Shown piece by piece: positions 11,210 to 43,555 of a stretch of 64,000 bases of DNA. Position 1 is the first letter of the stretch. Every line of letters begins with the position of its first letter. Origin of the DNA: Nemertoderma westbladi (lineage: Eukaryota > Animalia > Xenacoelomorpha). Made by a program: the position numbers and the translations under genes. The notes under the pieces were generated by a model that was not told the origin of the DNA, did not search any database, and saw only the letters and a list, made by a program, of their open reading frames with translations. The stretch lies in contig JAUCBJ010000597.1 in NCBI GenBank assembly GCA_032718475.1, positions 25,329-89,328 on the forward strand, read 5' to 3'.

Positions 11210-12329
11210 ATGGGGAGAATCGTAGAAAATCGAACAAACAAACGACTGGGAAGAATATATTACGATGTTTCAAATGCTGCCGGTTTCGCGAGCGTAACCA
11301 AACTAGCGAAAGCCGCTAAAGTTACGAGAAATCGCGCAAAGGAGTGGTTGAGCTCCCAACGAACGTATTCCCTACACGCGCCGGCTAGGCGCCATTACCC
11401 GACATCAAAAATCTTCACGGGTGGTATTGGCGATCTATACCAAGCGGATTTGTGTGATATGCAACCTTTTAGGGGCGAGAATAATGGCTACGGTTACATA
11501 CTTACTTGTATTGACTGTTTTAGTCGGAAGGCGTGGGCGTTGGGTCTAAAACGTAAAACAGGGGTCGAAATTAAAAGGGCCCTAGCCGCGATATTCGAAG
11601 AAAGGAAGCCTAAACGGCTAGCAGTTGATCAAGGAACTGAGTTTGTTAATAAATTGGTGAAAGATTTCTTACAGAACAATAATGTTCATTTTTATACATT
11701 AGTTAGCCAATTTAAAGCTAGTATCTGTGAGGCTGAATCGCACCCTCAAATCTCGCATGTACAGAATTTTCATGAGGAGACAGAATAGAGAATGGATGTA
11801 CTCATCCATTCTCTATTCTGTCTCCGTTCTCCATTCTCTATTCCCAAAAATATTGGTTGCATATAATAATTCAATACATAGAACCATTGGTATGGCACCA
11901 AACTCTGTCAATAAAAAGAATGAAACTGACCTATTTTTAAAACTATATGGGAGTGTGGGTCATCCCAATAAAAGAAAACGTCGCGCACAGCGTCGAGTTC
12001 ATTTCAAGGTTGGTGATAAGGTGCGGCTGAGTTTAGCTAGAAAGCCATTTGACAAAGGTTATACACCTAATTATATAGTAGAAATTTTCAAAATTTACAG
12101 AATAAGATTGGATCGAGAGCCGTACCCTATGTACGAAGTTGTGGACTCGAATGGGCGCGTTATAAAGGGGACATTTTATCGACATGAAATCCAAAAGGTA
12201 ATAGAACCATTTCTATTCCTACCAATTGAAAAAATAATTAAAGAAAAAGTAAATAAAAGCGGGAAAAAGCAATATTTGGTTAAATTTGTTGGTTTTGCGA
12301 CACATCGATGGGTTGATCACGTACAATAA
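11210..12329 (+). pseudogene. int: Retroviral-type (rve, DDE) integrase with C-terminal chromo-like domain; frameshift at ~11730
   Basis: YQADLCDM, CIDCFSRKAW, AVDQGTEF, ASICE/RLNRTLK, YNNSIHRTIGMAP, FKVGDKVR, GTFYRHEIQKV, IEKII...QYLVKFVGF..RWV. Confidence 0.93.
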
Positions 12330-12343
12330 TTAATTATATTATT

Positions 12344-13200
12344 ATGGATTACTTACATTTAACGTTGACTTCCGACGCCAGTCTAGATAAATATCCTGAT
12401 AACACTCCCAGCGATTTCACGATTGAGTTGTCCAAACCTATCCCCGTCAGCACAGATTGGGTCGTGGGCCTAAAGGAAATACAGTATGTGTCGACCTATA
12501 GAAATATTGAACAAAGATCCGGAATTAGAATTGGGGAATATATGTATGATGAGGATTTGGAATTTCATATAGCTCCATACAATCTTATAGAAATCGATTT
12601 TAATCTTGGGCTATATGCTTCTATTGAGTCAATTTTAAACCATATTAGTGTTTATTTGAAAAATCCCACAATATCCCACCATGGTTTCAAAGATGTTAAG
12701 TTTAACTACCAAAACATACATCAAAAATTCATCTGTATTGTAAGAAAGGTCGCTATTTCCAATTCTATGGAGATATAATAAATATTTTCGGGTTATCGAG
12801 TTTAAAAAATAATTTAATGGGTCTTGGGGCGCTTTGGGCAATACACTACAACGGAGATGATGGTTTATTGAACTTAGGCTGTAAAGATACAAACAAAATG
12901 GATGGGGTCGAATTCCCTGAACCTTGCGATATAACGAGGGATAGACACACAATGTTTATATATACAGATATGATTGAATCTTCTCACGTAGGACATTCGA
13001 TGGCGCCTCTTTTGCGGATAATCCCCTTGAAATGGGAACCATACTCATTCATCAACCAGGAATTCAAAAACACACATTACAAACAATTAAAAAATAAAAA
13101 AGTGCTCGATACAATTAGTATAACGCTTCGCGACCATAAAGGAAAGCATATAGTCTTTCATGGAGGTAAAACAATTTTAGTTCTAGAACTCAAAAAATAA
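12344..13200 (+). pseudogene. Minor capsid protein (penton) paralog 1; frameshift at ~12745
   Basis: N-terminal LTLTSDAS...YPDNTPSDFTIEL..PI....WVVGLKEIQY; C-terminal MFIYTDMIE...VG...APLLR...ISITLRDHKG..I.F.GG...LVL. Confidence 0.85.
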
Positions 13201-13202
13201 CA

Positions 13203-14032
13203 ATGGCGACAAAAACTACAAGAATGAACAGTTATTACGTTGTACTACCCTCAAACGCAAACCCCATAGAATTCCCACGTAATAGCGCCAGCGATTTCCA
13301 AACAAATTTGCAAATTCCTTTACCTTTCGCTAGAGGGCAGTGGTTAGTAGGTTTAACTGGTATAACATAACGTACGTATCTAGTATCAGGTATGACAATA
13401 GCGACATTTATATAAAGGCCATAAAAAATAAAAAAATGTTTACAAGAGATGTTACTCTCCCCGAAGGATCTTTCCTATCGTTGGAAAGGATCATTGAGTA
13501 CTTCAACAAAAGCCTTATTAAAGGCCAAATTAATATAATTGATAATAGAGCACGCTCCGGTAATATAACCATACATTTTAAAGGTAAACAGTTGTCGATA
13601 TTTGTCAGTAAACGTTTGGGTGGTTACCTAGGATTAACAGAACACGAGGTTGACGGCAAAGGTTTTATGTGTGTACAAAATGCTGTAGGGGATTATCACT
13701 TGCTAAGGATTGATTCACGAAATAATAAGTACAACTGCCATAAGCATCCTAATGCTGTCGAAATACTGGAACCCAACATAAATATACATATCAATTGCGT
13801 CGAACCTCAATTTGTAGACAATAGCGAATACCCTCTGTTACGTGGCATACCCATAGAAGGGGAATATGGGCAAATTATTAGTCGAGAAGTTCAGGAAGTC
13901 TACTATAAAAAAGTTAATTCAACATCTAATTTACGTTATATACGAGTTCGGTTGATTGGGGATTCGGGAAATTTGTTGCGCTTTCATTATGGAAATTCAA
14001 TATTGACGCTTCATTTTATACGAATTGATTGA
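13203..14032 (+). pseudogene. Minor capsid protein (penton) paralog 2; frameshift from an ATAAC duplication at ~13363-13372
   Basis: Manual translation from ATG 13203 gives YYVVLPSNANPIEFPRNSASDFQTNLQIPL...WLVGLTGIT. It continues in ORF 13340-14032, ending INCVEPQFV...PLLR...YYKKV...IRVRL..DSG..L.F..G..ILTLHF. Confidence 0.85.
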
Positions 14033-14099
14033 GATAGACACAATTTAATCGATGTAAATTATTTATTCTTATCTGATTATCTGAAGTAATAGCGACTAT

Positions 14100-14693
14100 A
14101 TGGATAAATTTCTAAGCCGCAGCCATGGGAGTGATTATTACCCGACGCTGGAAACCCCGGGAATAATAGTAGATTTCCAATATTATACGCATCATCCGCA
14201 GATCGGCCAACACCCCGTTGCAACCATTTATTTTAAAGAGTTTGCGGCTTATAATACTACTATCAAATCATTAGAAAACGTATGGTTTATTAATGGTCCA
14301 CCCGCAAAAATTTTAAGTTTAAGCGAATACGATCGTCTCACACAACTCGCCAATATTACGCATCACATTAATTTTGGCTACGGATTTATGGACCAAAGCG
14401 CATTTAAAATGTACATACAGGAATGGTTACAAGAAAAAAAACGGTTGGGGTTTCAAATATTAATACGCGGAATACCGAAATTATTTATTTTAAAAAATGA
14501 ATTTAATGTGAATGGAATACTTCTAGAAACGTACGGCATAAACGAAAAATATATTGATCATGACACCAAATGTCTTTTTCATGATTATTCGGGAATAACA
14601 AATTGTGCCTACCATTCTGATAAAGATTCTTGTTTTAATTACTGTTCTATGAAACTCGCAGTTGGTTATGGGAAATGGTTGTCATCAAATTAA
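14100..14693 (+). CDS. RNase H-fold (DEDD/Maelstrom-like) protein with E...CxxH...C zinc motif
   Basis: IIVDFQYY...YFKEFAA...WFINGPP...ITHHI...RG.PK...LETYG...CAYH...YCSMKLAVGYGKWL parallels the MAEL-domain layout. Confidence 0.55.
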   Translation: MDKFLSRSHGSDYYPTLETPGIIVDFQYYTHHPQIGQHPVATIYFKEFAAYNTTIKSLENVWFINGPPAKILSLSEYDRLTQLANITHHINFGYGFMDQSAFKMYIQEWLQEKKRLGFQILIRGIPKLFILKNEFNVNGILLETYGINEKYIDHDTKCLFHDYSGITNCAYHSDKDSCFNYCSMKLAVGYGKWLSSN

Positions 14694-14815
14694 TGCATAT
14701 ATATTTATTAATTATATTGTATTATTATGTGGTACATATATTATTTGTTGATTACACATATACGTATGTAGTAAAGAATTATTATTATACGTTATAATAA
14801 ATACTCATAATAATA

Positions 14816-15343
14816 ATGTCAGATTTTAATTTGTTTAAATTATATAGCGCCCCACAAATCCAACTGGGAAGTGGGAATTATAGTGATATACCTGTTTTTA
14901 AGGGTGGAAGCATTCTCCCAGGGTTTGGCCCATCTACTGGTATATGGAATAATAAGAATAATAAATTCGGGCGGCAATACACCCAAAATCGTCAGCGTGG
15001 GCGCGGAATATTAACAACTGGCCTCGGTATATTAGCGCGCAAGTTAGGGAGAAAGGTACTAACTAAAGCGCTCCCCAAAGCAGCAAGAGTAGCGCGGAAA
15101 TACATAATACCGGAAGGAAAACGTATTTTACGCAGTAAAGCAGATGATTTGATAAATAAAGTGGCCGCGCGGTTAGAACCTCATCCAAAGACACGCCAAA
15201 TCGCCCAACGGGTATACAATGAATTTACAAACCCGAAAAGTAAAAAAAAGAGGAGCTGGAAACGGCGACACCCAAGTGTGGGTATGAACGTTGGGCGCAA
15301 ACGTAAAAAGCGAAATAATAAATGTCGCGACATTTTTATGTAA
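14816..15343 (+). CDS. Basic virion core / membrane-lytic-like protein with QxGxG sites
   Basis: QLGSG, PVFKG, QRGRG followed by an amphipathic basic helix; K/R-rich tail ending DIF; directly upstream of MCP, as is common in Mavericks. Confidence 0.75.
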   Translation: MSDFNLFKLYSAPQIQLGSGNYSDIPVFKGGSILPGFGPSTGIWNNKNNKFGRQYTQNRQRGRGILTTGLGILARKLGRKVLTKALPKAARVARKYIIPEGKRILRSKADDLINKVAARLEPHPKTRQIAQRVYNEFTNPKSKKKRSWKRRHPSVGMNVGRKRKKRNNKCRDIFM

Positions 15344-15350
15344 CTTAACA

Positions 15351-16602
15351 ATGAGTAAATTAGAATTATCATTATTCTCGAGTAAAACAAATCAGCGAGA
15401 ATATACATCTTCACATTTTTTGGATATCTACCCGATTTCTACTCTTGATGCGAATGCCAGGCAAATAGAGTTCTTTATACCCCAGTCAAATGTTCTATAT
15501 ACTGATTTAAAGAATTCGAAATTTCACATTAAATATAAAATTACGTGGGATGGTAATAGGGCTAACGACGATACAACCCTCCACCATCTCAATTACCCCG
15601 GTGGGTCACTATTTGAAAATTGTTCGTTATACCTAAATGAAAAGCTAGTTGAAACCTCGAATGGGTTCTACGCCTATAAGTCTACGTTTCAGACATTACT
15701 GCTGACAGATGCTAACGAAAAACGCGGTATTTTAAGAGCTGGCGGTTATGAAGATACAAATAATAATCTAGGCGGGGTACCAGTCGCTACTGAGAATGAC
15801 GTTCGCGGGAATTATGTTAAATTCGTTGTGGCCCCAATTTTTTTAGACCTAACAAGCCAGGACAAATTACTGCCGCCAGGAATTAACATTCGACTTCGTA
15901 TAGACCGAGTATCGAATAATTTTTTTTTTGAAAGTTGAACCCCCCGCAGGATTGGTAAACCCAAGAGTTGAAATCATGAATATTAATTTAAAAATAAAAC
16001 GCCACAGGATTGATGCCGAGGTTATGCGTGCGCATTTGTTGGGGTCACAAAAAAATGACTTTATTTATAACTTGTTAAAACAAGAAGTGAAAACCTTCAC
16101 TATTGGTGGCGGGCAGTCCAGTTATACAGAATCGAACATAATCCAAGGGAAATTACCTAAGTATATTTTGATTGGAATGCTTACCAACGCCAGCTTCAAC
16201 GGGGAATTAAGCAGTAATCCGCTACATTTTAACCATTTCGGTTTAAATTATGCCGAACTAAACATCGACTCCCGTATTATACACGGGTATCCATATCGCC
16301 CTAACTTTCCGGAAAACAATTTTATGTTGGAATTCGAAAGTTTAATGAACGTGTTCAAGAGCTTGAGCGGCGTATTTTGCTCGCTAACACCAGAACGGTT
16401 TCGTACCCAATTTCCTTTGATCGTATTTGATCTTACCGCCGGAGGCGATCAAAGCCATGAGATTCAACCTAGTATACATACAAGCGGACATTTGATTCTG
16501 AAATTTAGTAATGCGCTAGTTAACACTATTAACGTTATATTAATGGCAAGCTATGACGCTCTTCTATCTATTTCAGAAGCCAAGGAAATAATAACCGAAT
16601 AA
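15351..16602 (+). pseudogene. Major capsid protein (double jelly-roll, hexon-like); frameshift in poly-T at ~15920-15929
   Basis: ELSLFS...YPISTL...IEFFIP....YTDL..S, SLFENCSLYLN, YAYKS, QDKLLPPG..IRLR, GKLPKYILIGM...FNG....NPLHFNHF. Confidence 0.9.
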
Positions 16603-16696
16603 ATAAAGATCTCGCATAGTACAAAGTAAGCGAAGCCACACCGCCTGCAGAATTAGAAAAATTCTCTTAAACTTTTAATGATACGCGTACGCTAAG

Positions 16697-17136
16697 ATGT
16701 TGGACTCTATACAATTAGCGAAATTCCCGGTGGGGCCAGAATACATCGGTGTTTACGCAATCGACCAATTACACCTAATACACACAAAAAAAATAAGCAT
16801 AAACAAAATTATTCATTTATTATTAATAATCAACGTATAGGCCTACCAGGACAACACTGGTCTTGCGTACGCGTGGTTAACAGAATTGCTTATTATTTAG
16901 ATTCGTTTGGTAAAGCCCCGCCACCAAAAATATCATATTGGCTGCATAAATATACCCAAAGGCATACTTGGAATCGTAAAATATTTCAAGCGCCGCAATC
17001 GACTCGGTGTGGTCTATTTTGCCTGTATTATTTAACCGAGGTGCCGAAAAATCCCGGAGCAATGAATATATTCACCTCTAATTTGCGGTACAATGATTTA
17101 TTGTTATTACTGTGGACACTTTCATTAATAAAATAA
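16697..17136 (+). pseudogene. Adenain/Ulp1-like cysteine maturation protease; frameshift in poly-A at ~16786-16793
   Basis: YIGVYAIDQL, then in the shifted frame FIINN...PGQHW (His), YYLDSFG..PP (Asp), FQAPQSTRCGLFC (Gln/Cys). Confidence 0.9.
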
Positions 17137-17626
17137 TTTAATTATTTCGGTTATGGGTATATTCAATTGCGGTGTGTGAACATGTTATTAGCGTTAATAT
17201 TAATAATAAATATTTATTTCTTGGGTATATAGTAATAGCAATATTTTTAATAAATATATGGGACGCGGTAAGTGACGTGGGTTGGGGTCTTCACGCAGCA
17301 CTATTCGTTTTTAATTTTTATTGTCAATCACAGAAACCTCGCGGAGGTCTCTTTAATGTGTGGGCGGCTGGTAAAACTGGAATAATAATATAATAATTGG
17401 GCATAGAGCACATTGGGACCCAACTCTTTCCGTTATATGCCAAGCATCTGCCGCCCAACCTATGTGGTTAACACAAAGGCCAGAATCTCTATCCACGCTA
17501 CACGCATTAGACAATAATTAAACGCTCTAACGACAATCAAAGCTCTGGGTTCAATTTACTCACATATGTGGCCGGTTTCTCAAAAGAAGAAATAAGCCAT
17601 ATACGAAGCATAGATAATTAGCCTTA

Positions 17627-17652
17627 TTTGAAAAACTTCCTATAAATTTCGA
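17627..17652 (+). promoter_or_regulatory. Putative viral promoter motif, copy 2
   Basis: Exact 26-bp match to 2924-2949, ~145 bp upstream of ORF 17797. Confidence 0.5.
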
Positions 17653-17796
17653 AGCATAGAAAATTAGCCTTACCAAAGTAGTTATTAGTTCTGTTGTAGT
17701 TTGCTATATAACATTGAGAATCGCGATAGCGGCATCACTTTATTATTTTAATTTTTAATATTATTCTTAATTTATTAATTATTAATTTCAATTTCA

Positions 17797-18078
17797 ATGG
17801 CTGAAGGCGGTAAAAAACCGACGTTAGTTGTTCAACCCTTCGAGCATCATCCTCCAACATTTAATTTAGAAAAATGGAACAGGATGAATCTAAGAAGAGT
17901 TATGTGGGCACAAAGGGTGCGGGTGATGCACTCAATTGAGGTAAACTGCAGGTATAATGATGATTTGGTCCCAGCGTGCCCGGCGATCGTCTTGCCGATC
18001 GCCGGGGGGCGACCGATGTGTGTGTGCCCACCGCGGATGATCGGTGAAACGCATACGCCACCTCCAACCGAAAATTAA
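17797..18078 (+). CDS. Maverick hypothetical protein (93 aa, Cys/Pro-rich C-terminus)
   Basis: ATG ORF with higher GC than its AT-rich flanks, preceded by the TATA motif and followed by AATAAA near 18120. Confidence 0.5.
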   Translation: MAEGGKKPTLVVQPFEHHPPTFNLEKWNRMNLRRVMWAQRVRVMHSIEVNCRYNDDLVPACPAIVLPIAGGRPMCVCPPRMIGETHTPPPTEN

Positions 18079-18219
18079 TGTAAGTAATAATTTCGACAAT
18101 TAATATAATAACATTAATAAATAAAATCAACAAATTCAACAATAGTACCTACATGCTAAAGGCTTTGCTTACTTCGTGCCGAGTGAAGGCTCAGGACATG
18201 GCTCGCCCCTCCACATATA

Positions 18220-19167
18220 ACAATAACCTTACTTCGTCGTAGCTCGCCCCACAACTCATTAATGGCACCCATATGCTAAGGCTTCACTCGCTTCATGGCT
18301 CGCCCCATTTTTTCAATGTTGGAAGGAATGATGGGGATGTTGGGTGATGGTGGCAGTGGTAATGATGTTGAGGATGAGGAAGAAGATTGGGCGGATGGTG
18401 ATAGCGGGATAAGCGGGTGGGGTGGTGGGAGAAATTTTTAAATAAAGCGGTGCCGGATTTAAGTAAATGATCAAATTAAAATAATAATATTATAAATACA
18501 ATAACCTTACTTCGATGCTATCACTCACTTCATGGCTCGCCCCATAGGTAGAATAATCAAATTAAAATAATATTATAAATACTATAACCTTATACTCACT
18601 TCGTGGCTCGCCCCACAACTTGTTGCGTAGTGATAAGTATAAATACAATAACCTTACTTCGATGCTATCACTCACTTCATGGCTCGCCCCATAGGTAGAA
18701 TAATCAAATTAAAATAATATTATAAATACCTTATTCTCACTTCGCGGCTCGCCCCCGCAACTTATTGCTTGACAATATTGGTAGCCACCGTTAGTCTGTG
18801 TTTATTCACCTTTTTTAGTTGTTGCGTCTGTAATGGTCTATCATGTTAAAGACTTTATAACAAACGTCTGCAACCCACTTACTATATTGGGTTTTACCTA
18901 TTGCGGTTCAAGGTCAAACGCCTACCGGTAGACACGAATTAATTAAATTACTTCCGTCTGTGGACTGGCCTTATACCACATATGTCACATATACACAGTG
19001 GTGACATATGTTACATATGCACAATGGTAACCATAGTAACCATAGTAAGTGGGTGGGGCAACAATGGTAATTATAGTAAGTAGGCGGGGCAAGAGCCGTT
19101 CGGCAAATTCTTTAACATGGTAGACTATGGCAGACGCTGTTTTATTCCAGGTGTTTACCATACTACT
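18220..19167. repeat. Right terminal inverted repeat
   Basis: 18220-18886 pairs directly with 1-666. Extension to ~19167 is inferred from the TACTACT terminus. Confidence 0.85.
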
Positions 19168-19695
19168 CTCATGCCTGTGTATACGATTGGTGTTCAGGTC
19201 CCTGTGAGAATTAATAACAAAGTGTTAGAAAACCAAAAAAATTATTTACATCAGACGTGAAGAGTAGCACTATTCAGCGTTAAAACAGTTGTATACTTGT
19301 GTTAACCTCACTCGCTGCGGTCGCTCGGTATATTACCGGTAATTAATACAATCCGGTCGAAACACAAAAATTCTACATTGATTATATTATATTTTATTTA
19401 TTTATCATATATAATTACACAATGATGTAATTAGTTAAATAACCAATTAGATCCACAGCCACAGTAACTATCAATATTTACTAAATAAGCAAAAGCAAAC
19501 AGTCGGCCGAAACCGGAGGCGACCCGAAGGCTCCTCTTTCGATAGCTGTTACCCGAGGGTAGGGGTGGGCGCTACTCCTATCCCAAGATTTGGACTAAAT
19601 AAGCACTCTGATCAAAATATCTGATTTCACACTTGACTAATACCACAATTGTTATTATTTAATAAATTAATATATTACTTTCATTTTACCATCAG

Positions 19696-41035
<21,340 letters not shown>

Positions 41036-41984
41036 CAACGATGATATCGCAACAGGCATTATAGTAATTACAATTATTGAATTGTGACGTTCCAATTCAC
41101 TTTTTGCGACAAACTGTTGGTTTTTTAAATGTTGCACAACTTTGTAATGTTTATTTTAGTAGGCCTGTTAATTATTATCGAGAGCTAAACAGTAGGATAA
41201 ACTATAGGATACAGAATTTCAGTCTATTTATTATCAATACGATTTATGATCGGAGTTTATATACGTATATGTAGAACGTAGGAGCCTTTAATCAGAGAAA
41301 TTCTAAAAGTTGGCGATGCGTTATGTAGTATATGGAATTATTATAATAATAATATGTTAATATAATAACTTAACACGTTTTCATGATCATGATCTACAAT
41401 CTTAAAAACTTATTAAAGTATAAGGGCTAATTTAATCACTGCACTGTTTGGTGTGAGCACCTAACCACAACCAGGGAGGGCTTAATAGCTTGAATTACCA
41501 CTCTTTGATATCTTATGTAGAACTTTAATCTATTTGAATTAAAACAAAGGATTAAATTTACTGAACTGTATTAAATTTGTGTTTTATTACTGCGGATTTT
41601 TGAGTTTAAAAATTGATTTAACGCCGATTAAAAATTGATTGGTGGTGGTGTTTTCTAACCAAAACAATAAACGCAATTTTTTTAAATATAAGCAATTAGT
41701 GTTGGATATCACCTTTTGCGGACCATTTGCGCCACTATCTGGGATTTTTATTATATATAAAGTAAAAATCACAGCTCATAGCATCAAAATAGTTTTTTTA
41801 ACGATATTCATTTGTTATCGGGTTACATAAGTAAAGCCTACTATTGGAGTTATATATTTCGGTTTCCACGTTTCCGTAAATAAATTAAATAGAACACAAA
41901 AATTTCAACCAACAGTTAAAGGTAAAGTTTAAGCTGTTTTCACAGAATGTTTTGATGATTTGCCTTAATGATTCCTTACGAATT

Positions 41985-42105
41985 ACACCAGTGAGCGGGT
42001 GGTGGTGGATGTCTCGGGTTCGATCCCACACCGAGCCAATCACTTAGCTGGTGCGCCAATCCAGCGGTATGGGAAGCCGGCTTTAGTGGGGGAGTAAATA
42101 ATTGT
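41985..42105 (+). mobile_element. Possible tRNA-derived SINE fragment
   Basis: Pol III B-box-like GGTTCGATCCC at ~42017-42027 in a GC-richer island; no complete cloverleaf. Confidence 0.35.
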
Positions 42106-42329
42106 ATAATTTGTTATTGGCTTAAAGGTAACAGCCAAGAGAGAGATGCCTTCTGGTTGCCTGCGGTGTTTAGTGTTTCAGGTCCATCGATGACCTTTAT
42201 GGCCGGCAATGAGGTACGAAGGCATGACATTGTATCCAGGGGTACCGGTATACAGTATGATTTTTTAGTTTCTGCAATAATTTTCATGAAATAAAAATTT
42301 GTTTCTAACAGAGAGTAAGTGATGCGCAT

Positions 42330-43555
42330 TAAGACCAATCGTGCCAGTGGAGTGGATGGCGGGGTCCTTGAGGTCTTTCAAATGCCTGAGTGCTTGGAAA
42401 TCATTCACCACATTATTGTGGACATGTATAGGACAAAGAGAGTCCCCCAAGAAATGAAAACAAATAAGTTGGTTCCAGCCCCAAAGTAGGGCAACCTAAA
42501 AACACGTGGAATCTCATTGCTGCAAAGCTGTACAACAGAATTCTATTAAATCGCATCAGGGATCCTGTTGAGCTTTTACGTGAGAGCCAAAATGGGTTCC
42601 GTAAAGGTCGTGGGACCATGGAGCCTATTCTGGCACATAGAAGGATAATCGAAGAGTTACAGTATCTATAAAGAAAGACAGACAACTGGCTATCTTTGTT
42701 GATTTCTTTCTGGCCTTCGACTCAGTCTCTCGACCACGTATGTTTAGCATACTGGTAGCACATGGGATTCCTGAGGAAATTGTTGCAGCTATCCGATCAC
42801 TGTACGATGGTTCCACCACATTTGTGTCTACTGCTGATGGTGATACAGATCCATTCGAAGTCTTATGCGGAATCCTTCAGGGTCACACACTTGCACCATT
42901 CTTATTTCTAATTGTGTTTGACTATGTTCTACGTGTGTCCTTAGTCCATCGTAATATAGATGGGATGCTGGTAAAACCCCCCTACTGGCACAAGAAGTAT
43001 AAGAAATCCAGCGAAGTACCTTACTGATCTAGACTTTTTTTGCCGATGACTTAGCTTAGGGGTACTGTCAGAATTACTAGAGGGAGCCCGAGGGCTCCTC
43101 CGCTCATTGTTGAAGCAGGTTGCTTCTAGTGTTGATCTTTTTGTAAATTCCAAGAAGAGCAAAATCATAACAGTCAACCTAGACACTAGACAGCCTTCAA
43201 GGAAGGTCTGATCGTAAGGGCATAAGCTCTAAGGATGGCTTTCTTGAGCACGTGGATGGACTTCTGCTACTGGGGATCATGGATCCGAAAGTCAGGTGAA
43301 GACCTTCGGATACGTAAGGGGAAGGCATGGGCAGCCTTGAATAGTCTGTCCAGGATTTGGAAGTCCCATAGAATAAAACGGAACCTTAATATTCGATGAT
43401 TTATGGCAGTAGTAGTACCAGTACTCTTATATGGGAGTCCATGCTGGGCTCTAACTGCAGAGGATACCAAATCTCTGGATGGCACTTTCACAAGAATGCT
43501 GCGCCGGGTTCATTATGTCAAGTACAATGAACACATCTCCAATCAGACTCTATTG
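42330..43555 (+). mobile_element. Degraded RTE-like LINE fragment, same family as the 37.6-38.6 kb copy
   Basis: Nucleotide similarity to 37933-38385; GILQGHTLAPFLFLIVFDYVLR, VPVLLYGS..WALT....SLDGTFTRMLRR; many frameshifts. Confidence 0.85.

Larger units (their letters stand above)
1..19167 (+). mobile_element. Maverick/Polinton (adintovirus-like) endogenous element; left terminus outside the window
   Basis: Bases 1-666 are the reverse complement of 18220-18886. The element contains pPolB, A32/FtsK-like ATPase, rve integrase, pentons, MCP and cysteine protease. The putative right end is TACTACT at 19161-19167, matching the AGTAGT...ACTACT termini typical of Mavericks; the exact end could be 19169. 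Confidence 0.95.

Noticed and set aside
6140-16795. Programmed ribosomal frameshifting at poly-T/poly-A sites in pPolB, MCP and protease
   Set aside because: Shifts differ in direction and fall inside conserved domains normally encoded contiguously; mutation or sequencing error is more likely.
17140-17612. Possible - strand gene between the protease and the second TATA motif
   Set aside because: Only short Cys-containing frames broken by stops; no recognisable family.
41985-42105. tRNA gene
   Set aside because: Only a B-box-like motif; no acceptor stem or cloverleaf could be built.
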